This document shows positions 49,267 to 59,038 of a stretch of 64,000 bases of DNA, piece after piece. Made by a program: the position numbers and the translations under genes. The notes beneath the pieces are model-generated. The model had not been told where the DNA came from. It made no database searches and saw only the letters and a program-made list of their open reading frames with translations. The DNA comes from Bdellovibrionales bacterium (GTDB lineage Bacteria > Bdellovibrionota > Bdellovibrionia > Bdellovibrionales > UBA1609): assembly GCA_023299885.1 (NCBI GenBank), contig JALZUS010000002.1, positions 4,735 to 68,734 on the forward strand. The letters are read 5' to 3'. Every line of letters begins with the position of its first letter. Position 1 is the first letter of the stretch.

Positions 49267-49334
49267 ACTCTTTAATTTTCCTCTGTAATTTCCGATAATT
49301 ATATAGGTATTTTTATTATAAGGGTGGTTACAAC

Positions 49335-51305
49335 GTGTCGCAAACATTCGAACAGTTTGGAAAATATATATTACTTGAAAAACTAGCTGCTGGTGGCATG
49401 GCTGAAGTCTTCTTAGCTAAATCATCAGGTGCTGGCGGCCTCACAAAATATGTAGCTATCAAACGCATACTCCCCCATTTTTCTCATAATAAAGAATTCA
49501 TCAATATGTTTAAGGACGAGGCAAAAATAGCTATTAATCTTTCTCATGGAAGCATTGTCAGCATTTATGAATTTGGTGTCGAAAAAGGACAGTTTTACTT
49601 AGTTATGGACTATGTCCAAGGTAAAAATATAAGACAAACACTTAAGCATATACAAAAAACAAAAAAATACTTTTCAGTACCTCAAATTATTTACATGGGT
49701 AAAGAGATTGCCGCAGCACTTGAGCATGCTCATCGCTGCCATGACAGATCTACAGGAAAAAAATTAAATATCACGCACAGAGATATGAGCCCGCAAAATG
49801 TAATGCTTGGCTTTGATGGCAGCGTTAAGGTTATTGATTTTGGTATTGCCAAAGCTGAAGACCAACTCGACACAACAAGAGCCGGCACACTTAAAGGGAA
49901 ATTTGGTTACATGAGCCCCGAACAAGCCAATGGAAAACCTGTTGATTTTAGAACAGATATTTTTTCATTAGGTATTGTTTTATGGGAGCTCCTAGCAAAG
50001 GACAGGCTATTTGTTGCCAATAATGAAATTAACACATTAAAAAGAATTCGAGATTGCCAAGTTCCAGACCTCACAAAAATGAACCCTGAAGTTTCTCCGG
50101 GTTTAGAAAAAATAATATCTAAAGCATTAACCAAAGATAAAAACTTTAGGTACCAAACTTCTCTTGATTTCAGTAAAGACCTTAGTATTTATCTTAACCA
50201 AAATCATCCTGAGTTTTCTCCACATGATTTAGCCGGCTTTATGAAGTCTGTTTACTCTGATGAAATTTTTGATACAAGAAAAAAACTAGTTGCCTACTCT
50301 TCAGTAACAAGCTCTGACATGCCTGATGACAAAACTAATGTTTTACCTCTTAGTGAAATCACGCAAACAGCTACTCACAGAAAAGTTGAGAATAAATTTG
50401 ACGCACCAAAAGGATTCAACGCCCAAACTCAAACAAAAACAAAAACTTCTGCTGGCATTATAGATGACAAATCTATAAGCAAGGTATCTCGCAAAATAAG
50501 TACTGAGAAATTAAACACAAGAACTGGGTCTCATAGCAGTTATGGCTCTAAGCCCTACAGCGGAACCCGCACTGGCACTCATGCCGGGACACAAAGCCAC
50601 TACAGACCTGCTCAAAAACCTAAAAGTAATTTTTTACTCTATGCACTGCTAACTCCAATACTACTTATTGGCCTAGCTCTTGGAGGCTTAAAGTTTTTTC
50701 CTAATGAAGTTTCTCAATTTGTAGATGTACCTGAGAGCGTATTTAATTTAGTAGGCGTTGAGCTTGAGGGACCTGCTACCCCTATTACTGAAGAGCCAAG
50801 CGTAGCTGTACAACCTGCAGAGCCAACACCTACAGAAGAGCCCGCTCCACCTGTTATAGAAAGAAACGTAGGCATTGTTGTTTCTAGCCAACCCTCTGGA
50901 GCCGAGATATATATAGACGGAGAGTCTACAGGTAAAACGACACCAAGCCGAGTTGTTGTTAATGGCGCCAACCCTTTTGAAATCTCTATTCAAAAAGACC
51001 TTTACCGTGAATATAAATTTGGAAGAAAGCTTGCTAGCGAGCTTGATAGCCGCTCATTTCAAGCCCGCCTTGTTAAGCTTCCGCTCGGTTATATAGATAT
51101 AGATGTAAGGCCTTCAAGAGGCGTAACATTAGAAATTAATGGGAAAATCATAGAAAACCCATCATTACCATTACTAAGACAGCCTATCCCCGCCAACCAA
51201 GAGGTTATAATTAAGGCCTATAGTGAGATCTTAAACTCAAACCAAGTGGAAACTGTTAAGCTTGGAGATGGCGATAGAGAACGTATAACTTTTAATTTTA
51301 GGTAG
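49335..51305 (+). CDS. Hanks-type Ser/Thr protein kinase with TM helix and extracytoplasmic PEGA domains
   Basis: 656-aa ORF with a GTG start. Kinase motifs are GGMAEVFLAK...VAIKRI, HRDMSPQNVM, DFGIAK and GYMSPEQ. A TM helix follows (LLYALLTPILLIGLALGGL), then a Pro-rich linker and PEGA-like repeats (VVSSQPSGAEIYIDGESTGKTTP; IDIDVRPSRGVTLEINGK). Confidence 0.88.
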   Translation: MSQTFEQFGKYILLEKLAAGGMAEVFLAKSSGAGGLTKYVAIKRILPHFSHNKEFINMFKDEAKIAINLSHGSIVSIYEFGVEKGQFYLVMDYVQGKNIRQTLKHIQKTKKYFSVPQIIYMGKEIAAALEHAHRCHDRSTGKKLNITHRDMSPQNVMLGFDGSVKVIDFGIAKAEDQLDTTRAGTLKGKFGYMSPEQANGKPVDFRTDIFSLGIVLWELLAKDRLFVANNEINTLKRIRDCQVPDLTKMNPEVSPGLEKIISKALTKDKNFRYQTSLDFSKDLSIYLNQNHPEFSPHDLAGFMKSVYSDEIFDTRKKLVAYSSVTSSDMPDDKTNVLPLSEITQTATHRKVENKFDAPKGFNAQTQTKTKTSAGIIDDKSISKVSRKISTEKLNTRTGSHSSYGSKPYSGTRTGTHAGTQSHYRPAQKPKSNFLLYALLTPILLIGLALGGLKFFPNEVSQFVDVPESVFNLVGVELEGPATPITEEPSVAVQPAEPTPTEEPAPPVIERNVGIVVSSQPSGAEIYIDGESTGKTTPSRVVVNGANPFEISIQKDLYREYKFGRKLASELDSRSFQARLVKLPLGYIDIDVRPSRGVTLEINGKIIENPSLPLLRQPIPANQEVIIKAYSEILNSNQVETVKLGDGDRERITFNFR

Positions 51306-51479
51306 ATTTAAGCTCAATAATCTATCTGTAAAATACGCCCCAGGTGACAATTATGAGCCTTTTCTAAGAATCTGACACGCCTACCCCATTTATTTTAGAC
51401 TTGAGGCCGATTATTTTCGGCACATCCTTTGAACTACTAAGCTGTATAAGTTTTATTTATTAATTTAGAGGAGAGACAC

Positions 51480-51977
51480 ATGAAATTATCAAACATACTT
51501 AAAGTAGGAGTTATATCTTTAAGCTTAATCATGACGGCTTGTGGAAGCAGCAGCTCAGGCAACAGAGCTCTCGTACCAAACAACCAAAACTGCCAATTTG
51601 CCACTCAACAATTTGATGGTTCATATATTTACAATGGTCAAATCATTAACTGTAGTAACTTCCAAGGTTCATTTAATAATAATGGCTTTGTATTCAACAA
51701 TAACGGATCTTCAATTTACGCCGGAATCGATTGGAGCTTTAACCCATACTTTGGGACTAATCAAACTGGCCTTAACCAACCTATATACAATCCATTTAGC
51801 GCTAATGGACAGCCTATATCTAACAGTTCAGACGATGGCTGCCAATTTGAAGACGCTGCCACTGGAGCCATACTTGGCGGGACATTAGGGTACTTTTTAG
51901 GCGGAGATAATGCAGCACTCGTTTCTGTTGCCGCAGGGACTGCAGGAGCATTTGTAGGCTGTGAAGTTTTCGATTAA
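51480..51977 (+). CDS. Lipoprotein with Asn/Gly-rich region and C-terminal glycine-zipper (SlyB/17-kDa-antigen-like)
   Basis: 165-aa ORF with RBS GGAGAG and lipobox LIMTAC. The C-terminal glycine zipper is GAILGGTLGYFLGGDNAALVSVAAGTAGAFVG. Confidence 0.7.
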   Translation: MKLSNILKVGVISLSLIMTACGSSSSGNRALVPNNQNCQFATQQFDGSYIYNGQIINCSNFQGSFNNNGFVFNNNGSSIYAGIDWSFNPYFGTNQTGLNQPIYNPFSANGQPISNSSDDGCQFEDAATGAILGGTLGYFLGGDNAALVSVAAGTAGAFVGCEVFD

Positions 51978-52007
51978 TAGCTGACTCAATATAAATTAAC
52001 GACTAAA

Positions 52008-52033
52008 ATAGCTTCCATACGGAGGCTATTTTT
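52008..52033 (+). terminator. Hairpin plus T4 after the lipoprotein gene, overlapping the dcp ribosome-binding site
   Basis: ATAGCTTCC (52008-52016), loop atac, GGAGGCTAT (52021-52029; one U.G pair), then TTTT and the ATG at 52034. The GGAGG that forms the 3' arm is also the Shine-Dalgarno sequence of dcp. Confidence 0.45.
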
Positions 52034-54088
52034 ATGTCAGAAACAAACAACCCATTACTTCAAGAATCACAACTTTCACATAATGCTATTGTATTTAATG
52101 AAATCAATAATCAACATTATCTCCCTGCTATTAAAAAAGGGATAGAGCTAGCAAAAGCAGATATCCAAGCTATTATTAATAATGCTGAAACACCAAACTT
52201 TAAAAACACAATAGAGGCTTTAGAGTGTAGTGGCGAAACCTTATCTTCTGCCACTTCTGTTTTTTACAACTTACTCTCTGCACATAGAAATGATGAGATG
52301 CAAAATATTGCCAATGAAGCTGGGCCTCTACTTTCTGCCCATGGTAACGAAACAATGCTAAGCGCCGACCTATTCAAAAAAGTAAAACATGTATTCGATA
52401 ACCAAAGCTCTGAAGACATTAACCCTGAGCAAATTAAACTTTTAACTGATACTTATAAAAGCTTTACTAAAAATGGGGCCAATCTAAACCCTGAAGACAA
52501 AGAAAAGCTTAAAAAAATAGATCAAGAGCTTTCCCTTTTAAGTCCTAAGTTTTCTGAAAATGCTTTAAAAGCTACAAAAAGTTTTTGCTTAGAAATTACT
52601 AATGAATCAGACCTTGATGGGCTTCCAGAGTCTGCAAAAGAGGCGGCTAAAGCTTTAGCCAAAGAAAAGAGCAGTGAAAAAGATAAAGACGTCTGGGCCG
52701 TTACATTGGATGCACCAAGCTTTATGCCTTTTATGAAGTACGCTACTAACAGAGGCTTAAGGCAAAAAATTTGGACAGCCTTTACAACAAGAGCCACATC
52801 TGGCGAACACAACAACCAAGAGACTATATTAAAAACAATTACTCTTAAAAAACAAAGAGCCAATCTATTAGGTTTTAAAACTCATGCCGACTATGTACTG
52901 CAAGACAGAATGGCCGAAACGCCGGCAAAAGTGCATAGCTTTTTAGAAGATCTTTATACTCATTCTTTTACAGCCGCTAAAAAAGATGTAGCCGAAGTTG
53001 AAGCTTACGCTAAAGAGTTAGATAGCCTTGATAAACTTATGCCTTGGGATTTTTCTTTTTATTCTGAAAAGTTAAAGAAAAAACTTTTTAGTTTTAACGA
53101 AGAAGAGCTAAGGCCTTACTTTAAATTAGAAAATGTTGTAGATGGCGTTTTTGCTCATGCTCAAAAACTTTATGGCATTGATTTTAAAAAAGTAACTAAC
53201 TACCCAACTTACCATGAAGACGTACAGACTTTTGAAATTTATAATAAATCTGACAATAGCTTTATTGGTTTACTGTACGCTGACTTTTTCCCAAGAGACT
53301 CAAAAAGCGGTGGTGCTTGGATGACTAACTACAAAGACCAAGGCCTTTTTAACGGAAAAGTAAGACGGCCTCATGTTGGCATTGTTTGTAATTTCACTAA
53401 ACCTACAGAGACAAGCCCGTCATTACTTACCTACAACGAAGTAAGAACACTCTTCCATGAGTTTGGCCATGCCTTACATGGTTTACTTGCCAATGGTCAC
53501 TACAGAAGCTTATCTGGAACTAATGTGTATTGGGACTTTGTAGAGCTTCCTTCACAAATTTTTGAAAACTGGACACTAGAAAAAGAAGGTCTCAATCTTT
53601 TTGCTAAGCACTATCAAACAGGAGAGGTTATCCCTGATGATTTAATAACGAAGCTTAAAAAGAATTCAAAATTTTTAGCAGGCTATGCATGCATTCGCCA
53701 ACTAAACTTTTGTTTTTTAGATATGGCTTGGCATAACAATGAAAACCCGGAAGCCATAACAGATGTATTAGCTTTTGAAAAAGAAGCCACAAAAAGAACT
53801 CAACTTTTTGAACCTATTGATGGCACATGCTCTTCTTGTGCTTTTGGGCATATTTTTGCCGGCGGATACTCTGCTGGTTACTATAGCTATAAGTGGGCTG
53901 AAGTTTTAGATGCCGATGCTTTTGAGTATTTTCAAGAAAAAGGAATTTTTAATGAGTCTGTTGCTACTAGCTTTAAAGAAAATATTTTAGAACGTGGCGG
54001 TTCAGAGCATCCAATGACTTTATATAAAAAGTTTAGAGGCCGCGAGCCAGACCCTAAAGCTCTATTAAGAAGAGATGGTCTTATCTAA
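52034..54088 (+). CDS. dcp: M3-family zinc metallopeptidase (peptidyl-dipeptidase Dcp / oligopeptidase A-like)
   Basis: 684-aa ORF with the zinc motif TLFHEFGHALHG (HExxH) and the downstream E in FVELPSQ. Length and block order are those of the M3A family. Confidence 0.85.
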   Translation: MSETNNPLLQESQLSHNAIVFNEINNQHYLPAIKKGIELAKADIQAIINNAETPNFKNTIEALECSGETLSSATSVFYNLLSAHRNDEMQNIANEAGPLLSAHGNETMLSADLFKKVKHVFDNQSSEDINPEQIKLLTDTYKSFTKNGANLNPEDKEKLKKIDQELSLLSPKFSENALKATKSFCLEITNESDLDGLPESAKEAAKALAKEKSSEKDKDVWAVTLDAPSFMPFMKYATNRGLRQKIWTAFTTRATSGEHNNQETILKTITLKKQRANLLGFKTHADYVLQDRMAETPAKVHSFLEDLYTHSFTAAKKDVAEVEAYAKELDSLDKLMPWDFSFYSEKLKKKLFSFNEEELRPYFKLENVVDGVFAHAQKLYGIDFKKVTNYPTYHEDVQTFEIYNKSDNSFIGLLYADFFPRDSKSGGAWMTNYKDQGLFNGKVRRPHVGIVCNFTKPTETSPSLLTYNEVRTLFHEFGHALHGLLANGHYRSLSGTNVYWDFVELPSQIFENWTLEKEGLNLFAKHYQTGEVIPDDLITKLKKNSKFLAGYACIRQLNFCFLDMAWHNNENPEAITDVLAFEKEATKRTQLFEPIDGTCSSCAFGHIFAGGYSAGYYSYKWAEVLDADAFEYFQEKGIFNESVATSFKENILERGGSEHPMTLYKKFRGREPDPKALLRRDGLI

Positions 54089-54933
54089 TGAGTTATTCTA
54101 AAATTGGTATTATCTACCGTAAAAACACTATTAAAGCTGAGACGGTTGCGCTAGAAGCAGCCACTTGGCTGACTGATAAAAAACTAAAAGTATTTCGTAT
54201 GCCCGATCAAGCTATGGAAAACTACCCTCCTATAGATAATTTAGAGAATGTAGATCTTATTTTAGTTTTAGGTGGCGATGGTACATACTTAGAAGCCGTG
54301 CAAAGACTTAACGGCGCTAAAACACCAATACTTGGTGTTAATATGGGTGCTCTTGGCTTTTTAACAGATACCCGCGAAGAAGATCTTTATCCACTTTTAG
54401 AACGCGCTCTTAATGGTGAACTCGAGCTAAGGCCCAGATCAATGCTAAAAGTAAAAGTAAAGCGAGGCGAGCAAATTAAAGAATACTCTTCTTTAAATGA
54501 TGTCGTTTTAGAGCGAGGTGCAGAGAGCCAACTTTTACATTTAGATATGTTTCAAAACAAAAATCATATCAATCATATCAAAGCCGATGGTATTATTGTA
54601 TCTACACCAACCGGATCAACCGCTTACAACTTAGCTGCCGGCGGGCCTATTTTACACCCAGAGGTTTCTGCCTTTGTCCTTACACCCATTTGCCCGCACA
54701 GCCTTACCAATAGACCAACATTATTACCTGATGACTTTGAATTTTCAGTGAAACTTACAACTGAAGGCCGCAAAGGGACACTTGTTGTCGATGGTGACAA
54801 AGTGGACACCCTAAACTGCAATGACGAAGTCTTTTTTAAGCAGTCTTCTAATAAGCATTATCTTCTCAAAAAGCCAGAGCATAACTACTTTGACCTACTC
54901 CGAGAAAAACTAAGTTTCGGCCAAAGAAATTAA
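54088..54933 (+). CDS. nadK: NAD kinase
   Basis: 281-aa ORF with LVLGGDGT, NMGALGFL and STPTGSTAYNLAAGGPI motifs. The start overlaps the dcp stop (TAATG). Confidence 0.9.
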   Translation: MSYSKIGIIYRKNTIKAETVALEAATWLTDKKLKVFRMPDQAMENYPPIDNLENVDLILVLGGDGTYLEAVQRLNGAKTPILGVNMGALGFLTDTREEDLYPLLERALNGELELRPRSMLKVKVKRGEQIKEYSSLNDVVLERGAESQLLHLDMFQNKNHINHIKADGIIVSTPTGSTAYNLAAGGPILHPEVSAFVLTPICPHSLTNRPTLLPDDFEFSVKLTTEGRKGTLVVDGDKVDTLNCNDEVFFKQSSNKHYLLKKPEHNYFDLLREKLSFGQRN

Positions 54934-55018
54934 TACCTGAACTCAAATTCAAGGCTTAATGAGTATGACATGATGCATGTCTTGCAGTCCCATTAAGCCT
55001 TTTATGGCAAGCTTAACT

Positions 55019-56704
55019 ATGCTTATTGAACTTAAAGTTAAGAATTTTGCAATTATCAATAACCTCCATATCCACTTCAAAGAAGGCTTTAATGTCATTA
55101 GTGGAGAAACAGGATCTGGTAAATCTATTATTTTAAAAAGCCTTGGCTTACTCATGGGACAAAAAGCAGATAGCAATAGTGTAAAGCATGGCCATGATGC
55201 TGCCTTTATTGAAGGTGTTTTTGACCTTACAGAGCGCCCAGATATTTTAGACAATTTAAAAGCTACTGATATTAACGCAGAAGAGGCATTGCTTATTGTT
55301 AGGCGTACTATTAACAGTAACGGCAGGAGCCGCATCTATCTTAATGACAACATCTCTACCCTGGCCAAACTTAAAGAAGTTGTAACACCTATTTTAGAAG
55401 TCACTACTGAAACAGCACCTTTAATAGAAATGACAGGCCAACACGAAAATAGAAACTTGCAGTCTAAAAATTACCAATTAGATTTATTAGACCATTACGC
55501 CAACTGCTGGGATTTAAGAACTGCAGTATCAGAAGTTTATACAGAAATTAAAGACCTACAATCTCAAATTGATGAACTCAAAGAAAGCGAAAAAACTCGT
55601 GAGCAACGTTTAGACTTTTTAAAGTATCAGCAAAATGAAATAGGCAATCTAGACATGAAGCCCGGCGACGAGGAAGTACTAGAACAATCTATTAAAAAAA
55701 TAAAATCAAGCGTACAAATAGAATCATTTATAAGCCAATGTGAAGACAGCCTTTATAACTCTAACACCTCTGCCCTTAGTGAACTGCATAGCCTTTTGCA
55801 ACAAGCTGAAGGCTTTAAAGCCATCGACCCCGATTTATATAAGCTTAGCTCTTCACTAAGAGATGCTAAAAGCCTCATTGAAGACTTTGTATTTGAAGTA
55901 AGGCAGTACAATAAAAATAATGTACAAAACAGTAATCAATTAGACAGCTTAGAAAATAAATTAAGCCGACTCAGAAAATTACAAAAAAAGTTTGGCTCAA
56001 GCCTAGAAGAAATTTTTCAAGAACAAGAAAAAATTAGCTCAGAAATAAATTTATTAGAAAACTCTGATGAAAACTTAAATCAGCTACAGCTACAAAAAGA
56101 AAAAGCTCTTACTAGTTACAACCAGTATGCCACTAAACTCCATAAAATAAGAGAAAGCTCTGCAAAGCTTTTATCTAAAGGCGTACAAGAAGAGCTTATA
56201 AGCCTAAATATGAAAGGTGTGTTGTTTGATATTGGCATTAATAAATCTGATGACAATACATCTAAAGGCTTTAGCCATATCGAATTTACCTTAAAGTCTT
56301 CTAAGAAAGACAAAGCAAAAGAGATTGGTAAAACAGCTAGTGGTGGCGAATTAAGCCGTATACTTCTTGCTGTTAAAAGTATTGTAGGCAAAGGACAGTT
56401 TCCGCGTACCTACCTTTTTGATGAAGTAGACGCTGGTGTAAGTGGCTTAACCGCTGAAAAAGTAGGTAAAAAACTTCATACTATTTCAAATGGACAACAG
56501 GTTATTTGCATAACTCATTTACCACAGGTAGCACAATTTGCTGATACTCATTTTCTAATTGATAAGTCTGTTAGTGAAAATGAACCTGTAGTAAGTGTTA
56601 CAGAGCTTAATAAAGACTCTCGTGTTAAAGAGATTGCACGCCTTATTTCTGGTAAGGAAATCACAGAGACAAGTCTTAAGCATGCTGAATCTATGCTGAA
56701 TTAG
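55019..56704 (+). CDS. recN: DNA repair protein RecN
   Basis: The ORF track starts at 54977. I prefer the ATG at 55019 (MLIELKVKNFAII...), the canonical RecN N-terminus. Walker A GETGSGKS, a long coiled coil, signature SGGELSRILLA and Walker B YLFDEVDAG. Confidence 0.9.
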   Translation: MLIELKVKNFAIINNLHIHFKEGFNVISGETGSGKSIILKSLGLLMGQKADSNSVKHGHDAAFIEGVFDLTERPDILDNLKATDINAEEALLIVRRTINSNGRSRIYLNDNISTLAKLKEVVTPILEVTTETAPLIEMTGQHENRNLQSKNYQLDLLDHYANCWDLRTAVSEVYTEIKDLQSQIDELKESEKTREQRLDFLKYQQNEIGNLDMKPGDEEVLEQSIKKIKSSVQIESFISQCEDSLYNSNTSALSELHSLLQQAEGFKAIDPDLYKLSSSLRDAKSLIEDFVFEVRQYNKNNVQNSNQLDSLENKLSRLRKLQKKFGSSLEEIFQEQEKISSEINLLENSDENLNQLQLQKEKALTSYNQYATKLHKIRESSAKLLSKGVQEELISLNMKGVLFDIGINKSDDNTSKGFSHIEFTLKSSKKDKAKEIGKTASGGELSRILLAVKSIVGKGQFPRTYLFDEVDAGVSGLTAEKVGKKLHTISNGQQVICITHLPQVAQFADTHFLIDKSVSENEPVVSVTELNKDSRVKEIARLISGKEITETSLKHAESMLN

Positions 56705-57426
56705 ACCTCTAGCCTATAAACCCACTTTTGCGAATCATGTAGCCAAGTGCCTAAGTTAATTGACTGAATGTCTTTTCCATCTAACTCAAACCTGTAACTG
56801 TCTTTATAATGAATATGTCCTGTAATAATAAAATCAAAGTCTTCTTTTTCAGCCTGTAACTGTACGTATTTATGGAGTTTTTCCAAAATTGCTACTTTAT
56901 GAGATTCTCGATCTTTATCAGAATACTCGCGGCTTTTAGAGCTTAAGAAATCACTTATTCTGCCAACAACAGGGCTTGGCACAATCATAGCCAACCCACT
57001 TAAAAACTTTGAGGTCAGAATGGCTTTCCATATAAAATAACCTGTATCATCTGGGTCAAAGTTATCACCATGCTCTACTCTTATTTTTGTTTGATTAAAA
57101 TTAAAGGTAGTTGGCTTTGTATAAACGTCTACACCTAATTTTTTTCCCCAATACCTTTTAAGGTCCACATCATGATTACCTTGAAAGTAAATAACCTTTA
57201 CACCATTACTTACTAAGCCGTTTACAGCATTAATAGCTTCCTGGTATCTATCAATAAATATCTTCTTATTTCCTATCCAAAAATCAAAGATATCACCCAC
57301 CATAAATAAATGAGTGGTCCCGTCTGTTTCAAGGGTTTTTAAAAGATCTATAAACGAAAAAAACCTTGGTTCATTTTTAGAACCAAGGTGTATATCTGAT
57401 ATAAATACTAATTTATTTTTACTCAT
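56701..57426 (-). CDS. lpxH: UDP-2,3-diacylglucosamine hydrolase
   Basis: 241-aa ORF with metallophosphoesterase motifs FISDIHLG, VGDIFDFW and GNHD, and LpxH length and architecture. Its 3' end overlaps the recN 3' end by 4 nt. Confidence 0.8.
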   Translation of the reverse strand: MSKNKLVFISDIHLGSKNEPRFFSFIDLLKTLETDGTTHLFMVGDIFDFWIGNKKIFIDRYQEAINAVNGLVSNGVKVIYFQGNHDVDLKRYWGKKLGVDVYTKPTTFNFNQTKIRVEHGDNFDPDDTGYFIWKAILTSKFLSGLAMIVPSPVVGRISDFLSSKSREYSDKDRESHKVAILEKLHKYVQLQAEKEDFDFIITGHIHYKDSYRFELDGKDIQSINLGTWLHDSQKWVYRLEV

Positions 57427-57445
57427 GCCTAAGGCTTATAAAGCC

Positions 57446-59023
57446 TTACTCTGCAGAGGTGTTAGAATTATTTTTCATACGCTTTTTTAAAAACGATGGG
57501 ATTTCAAATTCTCTATCAAAAGGAGATTTAGAAACCATAGGCTTTTCTTCTTCACCTATATCCATAGAAAGTTGCTCAGCTTCCGGAGCCACTTCTCTAT
57601 TCTTTCTAAAAGCTTTTGCTTTAGCTAATAAAATATCTCTGGGTAAAAGCTTTTTTTCTTCCGGAGCAGAACTAACCATACCTTCAGACCTTAAAGGCTG
57701 TAGCTCTTCAGTAGCTTCAAAGCTTTCAGTTACAGAAGTCTCAGCATAAGTTTTAATCTCAGGCATTTGCGGATAATGCACATGAGGTTGTTGCATTTGT
57801 GGCTGTTGAACTGGCTGCTGATACATCATTGGCTGAGCTTGTGTTGCTACTTCAACAACAGGAACTTCTTCTGTCATTGGAGCTGGAACCGATGGTTGAG
57901 ATAATATAGCTGGCTGCATATTAGTAAAGTTTTTTAAGTTCTCTTGAGTTTGCTTAGCCATCTGCTGAAACTGCTGCATTTGCGGAGAAGGCTGCATTTG
58001 AGCAGGCTGAGCTTGTATTTGTTGCTGGCCATAAATATTTGTATGGTTCACTGGTGTTGCTGTTTGCTGAGTACCAAAACCAGTAGCAATTACAGTCACA
58101 TGTACTTCGTCAGTTAACTCTGGATCAATAACTGCACCAAAAATAATTTCTGCATCTTCATGAGCGGCTTCAGTAATTAACATAGAAGCTTCATTCACTT
58201 CACTTAATGATAAGCTTTCGCCTCCACTAATATTAATAATAATTCCAGTAGCACCTTCAATAGAAATATTCTCTAGTAATGGAGAAGAAATAGCTTGGTT
58301 TGCAGCATCAGTTGCACGACCTTCGCCAGATGCAGTGCCTGAGCCCATAATAGCCATACCTTGAGTTGTCATCACTGTTTTTACATCAGCAAAATCCAGA
58401 TTGATAAGACCTCTAAAGTTAATAAGGTCAGAAATACCTTTTACAGCCTGTAGCAATACAGAATCAGCTTTTTTAAATGTCTCTAGTAATGGAGTATTTG
58501 CATCAGAAATACTTAATAACTTTTGATTAGGGATAACAATTAAAGTATCAACATTTTCTTTAAGCTCTTGAATTCCGTGATCGGCTTGGCGACGACGTTT
58601 TTTACCTTCAAACATAAATGGTCGAGTAACAACACCAATAGTTAGTGCACCCATTTCTTTTGCAATTTTAGCAACGATAGGAGCACCACCAGTTCCTGTT
58701 CCACCACCCATGCCGGCAGTAACAAAAACCATATCAGCGCCTTCAAGCTTTTCTACGATGTCATTATAAGACTCGATAGCAGCACGTTTTCCAATTTCGG
58801 GGTTGGCTCCAGCGCCCAAGCCTTTTGTTAGCTCAGAACCTAAATTAATTTTTGTTTCAGAACGATGCGCATCCAAAGCCTGTCTATCTGTATTAGCAAC
58901 AATAAATTCAACGCCATTAAGGCCTCCGTCTATCATTGTTTCAACAGCATTATTACCGCCACCACCGACGCCTACAACTTTTATAACAGCTCCGCTATTT
59001 GGGTTTTCTTCTAACTCAAACAT
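57446..59023 (-). CDS. ftsZ: Cell division GTPase FtsZ with a long Gln/Pro/Met-rich linker
   Basis: 525-aa ORF with the tubulin signature [10 protein letters not shown]. The core ends near aa 317. A linker of about 185 aa follows ([22 protein letters not shown]...[12 protein letters not shown]), then the conserved C-terminal peptide [11 protein letters not shown]. Confidence 0.97.
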   Translation of the reverse strand: MFELEENPNSGAVIKVVGVGGGGNNAVETMIDGGLNGVEFIVANTDRQALDAHRSETKINLGSELTKGLGAGANPEIGKRAAIESYNDIVEKLEGADMVFVTAGMGGGTGTGGAPIVAKIAKEMGALTIGVVTRPFMFEGKKRRRQADHGIQELKENVDTLIVIPNQKLLSISDANTPLLETFKKADSVLLQAVKGISDLINFRGLINLDFADVKTVMTTQGMAIMGSGTASGEGRATDAANQAISSPLLENISIEGATGIIINISGGESLSLSEVNEASMLITEAAHEDAEIIFGAVIDPELTDEVHVTVIATGFGTQQTATPVNHTNIYGQQQIQAQPAQMQPSPQMQQFQQMAKQTQENLKNFTNMQPAILSQPSVPAPMTEEVPVVEVATQAQPMMYQQPVQQPQMQQPHVHYPQMPEIKTYAETSVTESFEATEELQPLRSEGMVSSAPEEKKLLPRDILLAKAKAFRKNREVAPEAEQLSMDIGEEEKPMVSKSPFDREFEIPSFLKKRMKNNSNTSAE

Positions 59024-59038
59024 TTATCCCCCTAAATT

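Noticed and set aside
51541-51888. 115-aa ORF in an alternative frame on the same strand as the 165-aa lipoprotein gene
   Set aside because: The 51480 frame has an RBS (GGAGAG), a signal peptide, a lipobox and a glycine zipper. The alternative frame has none of these.
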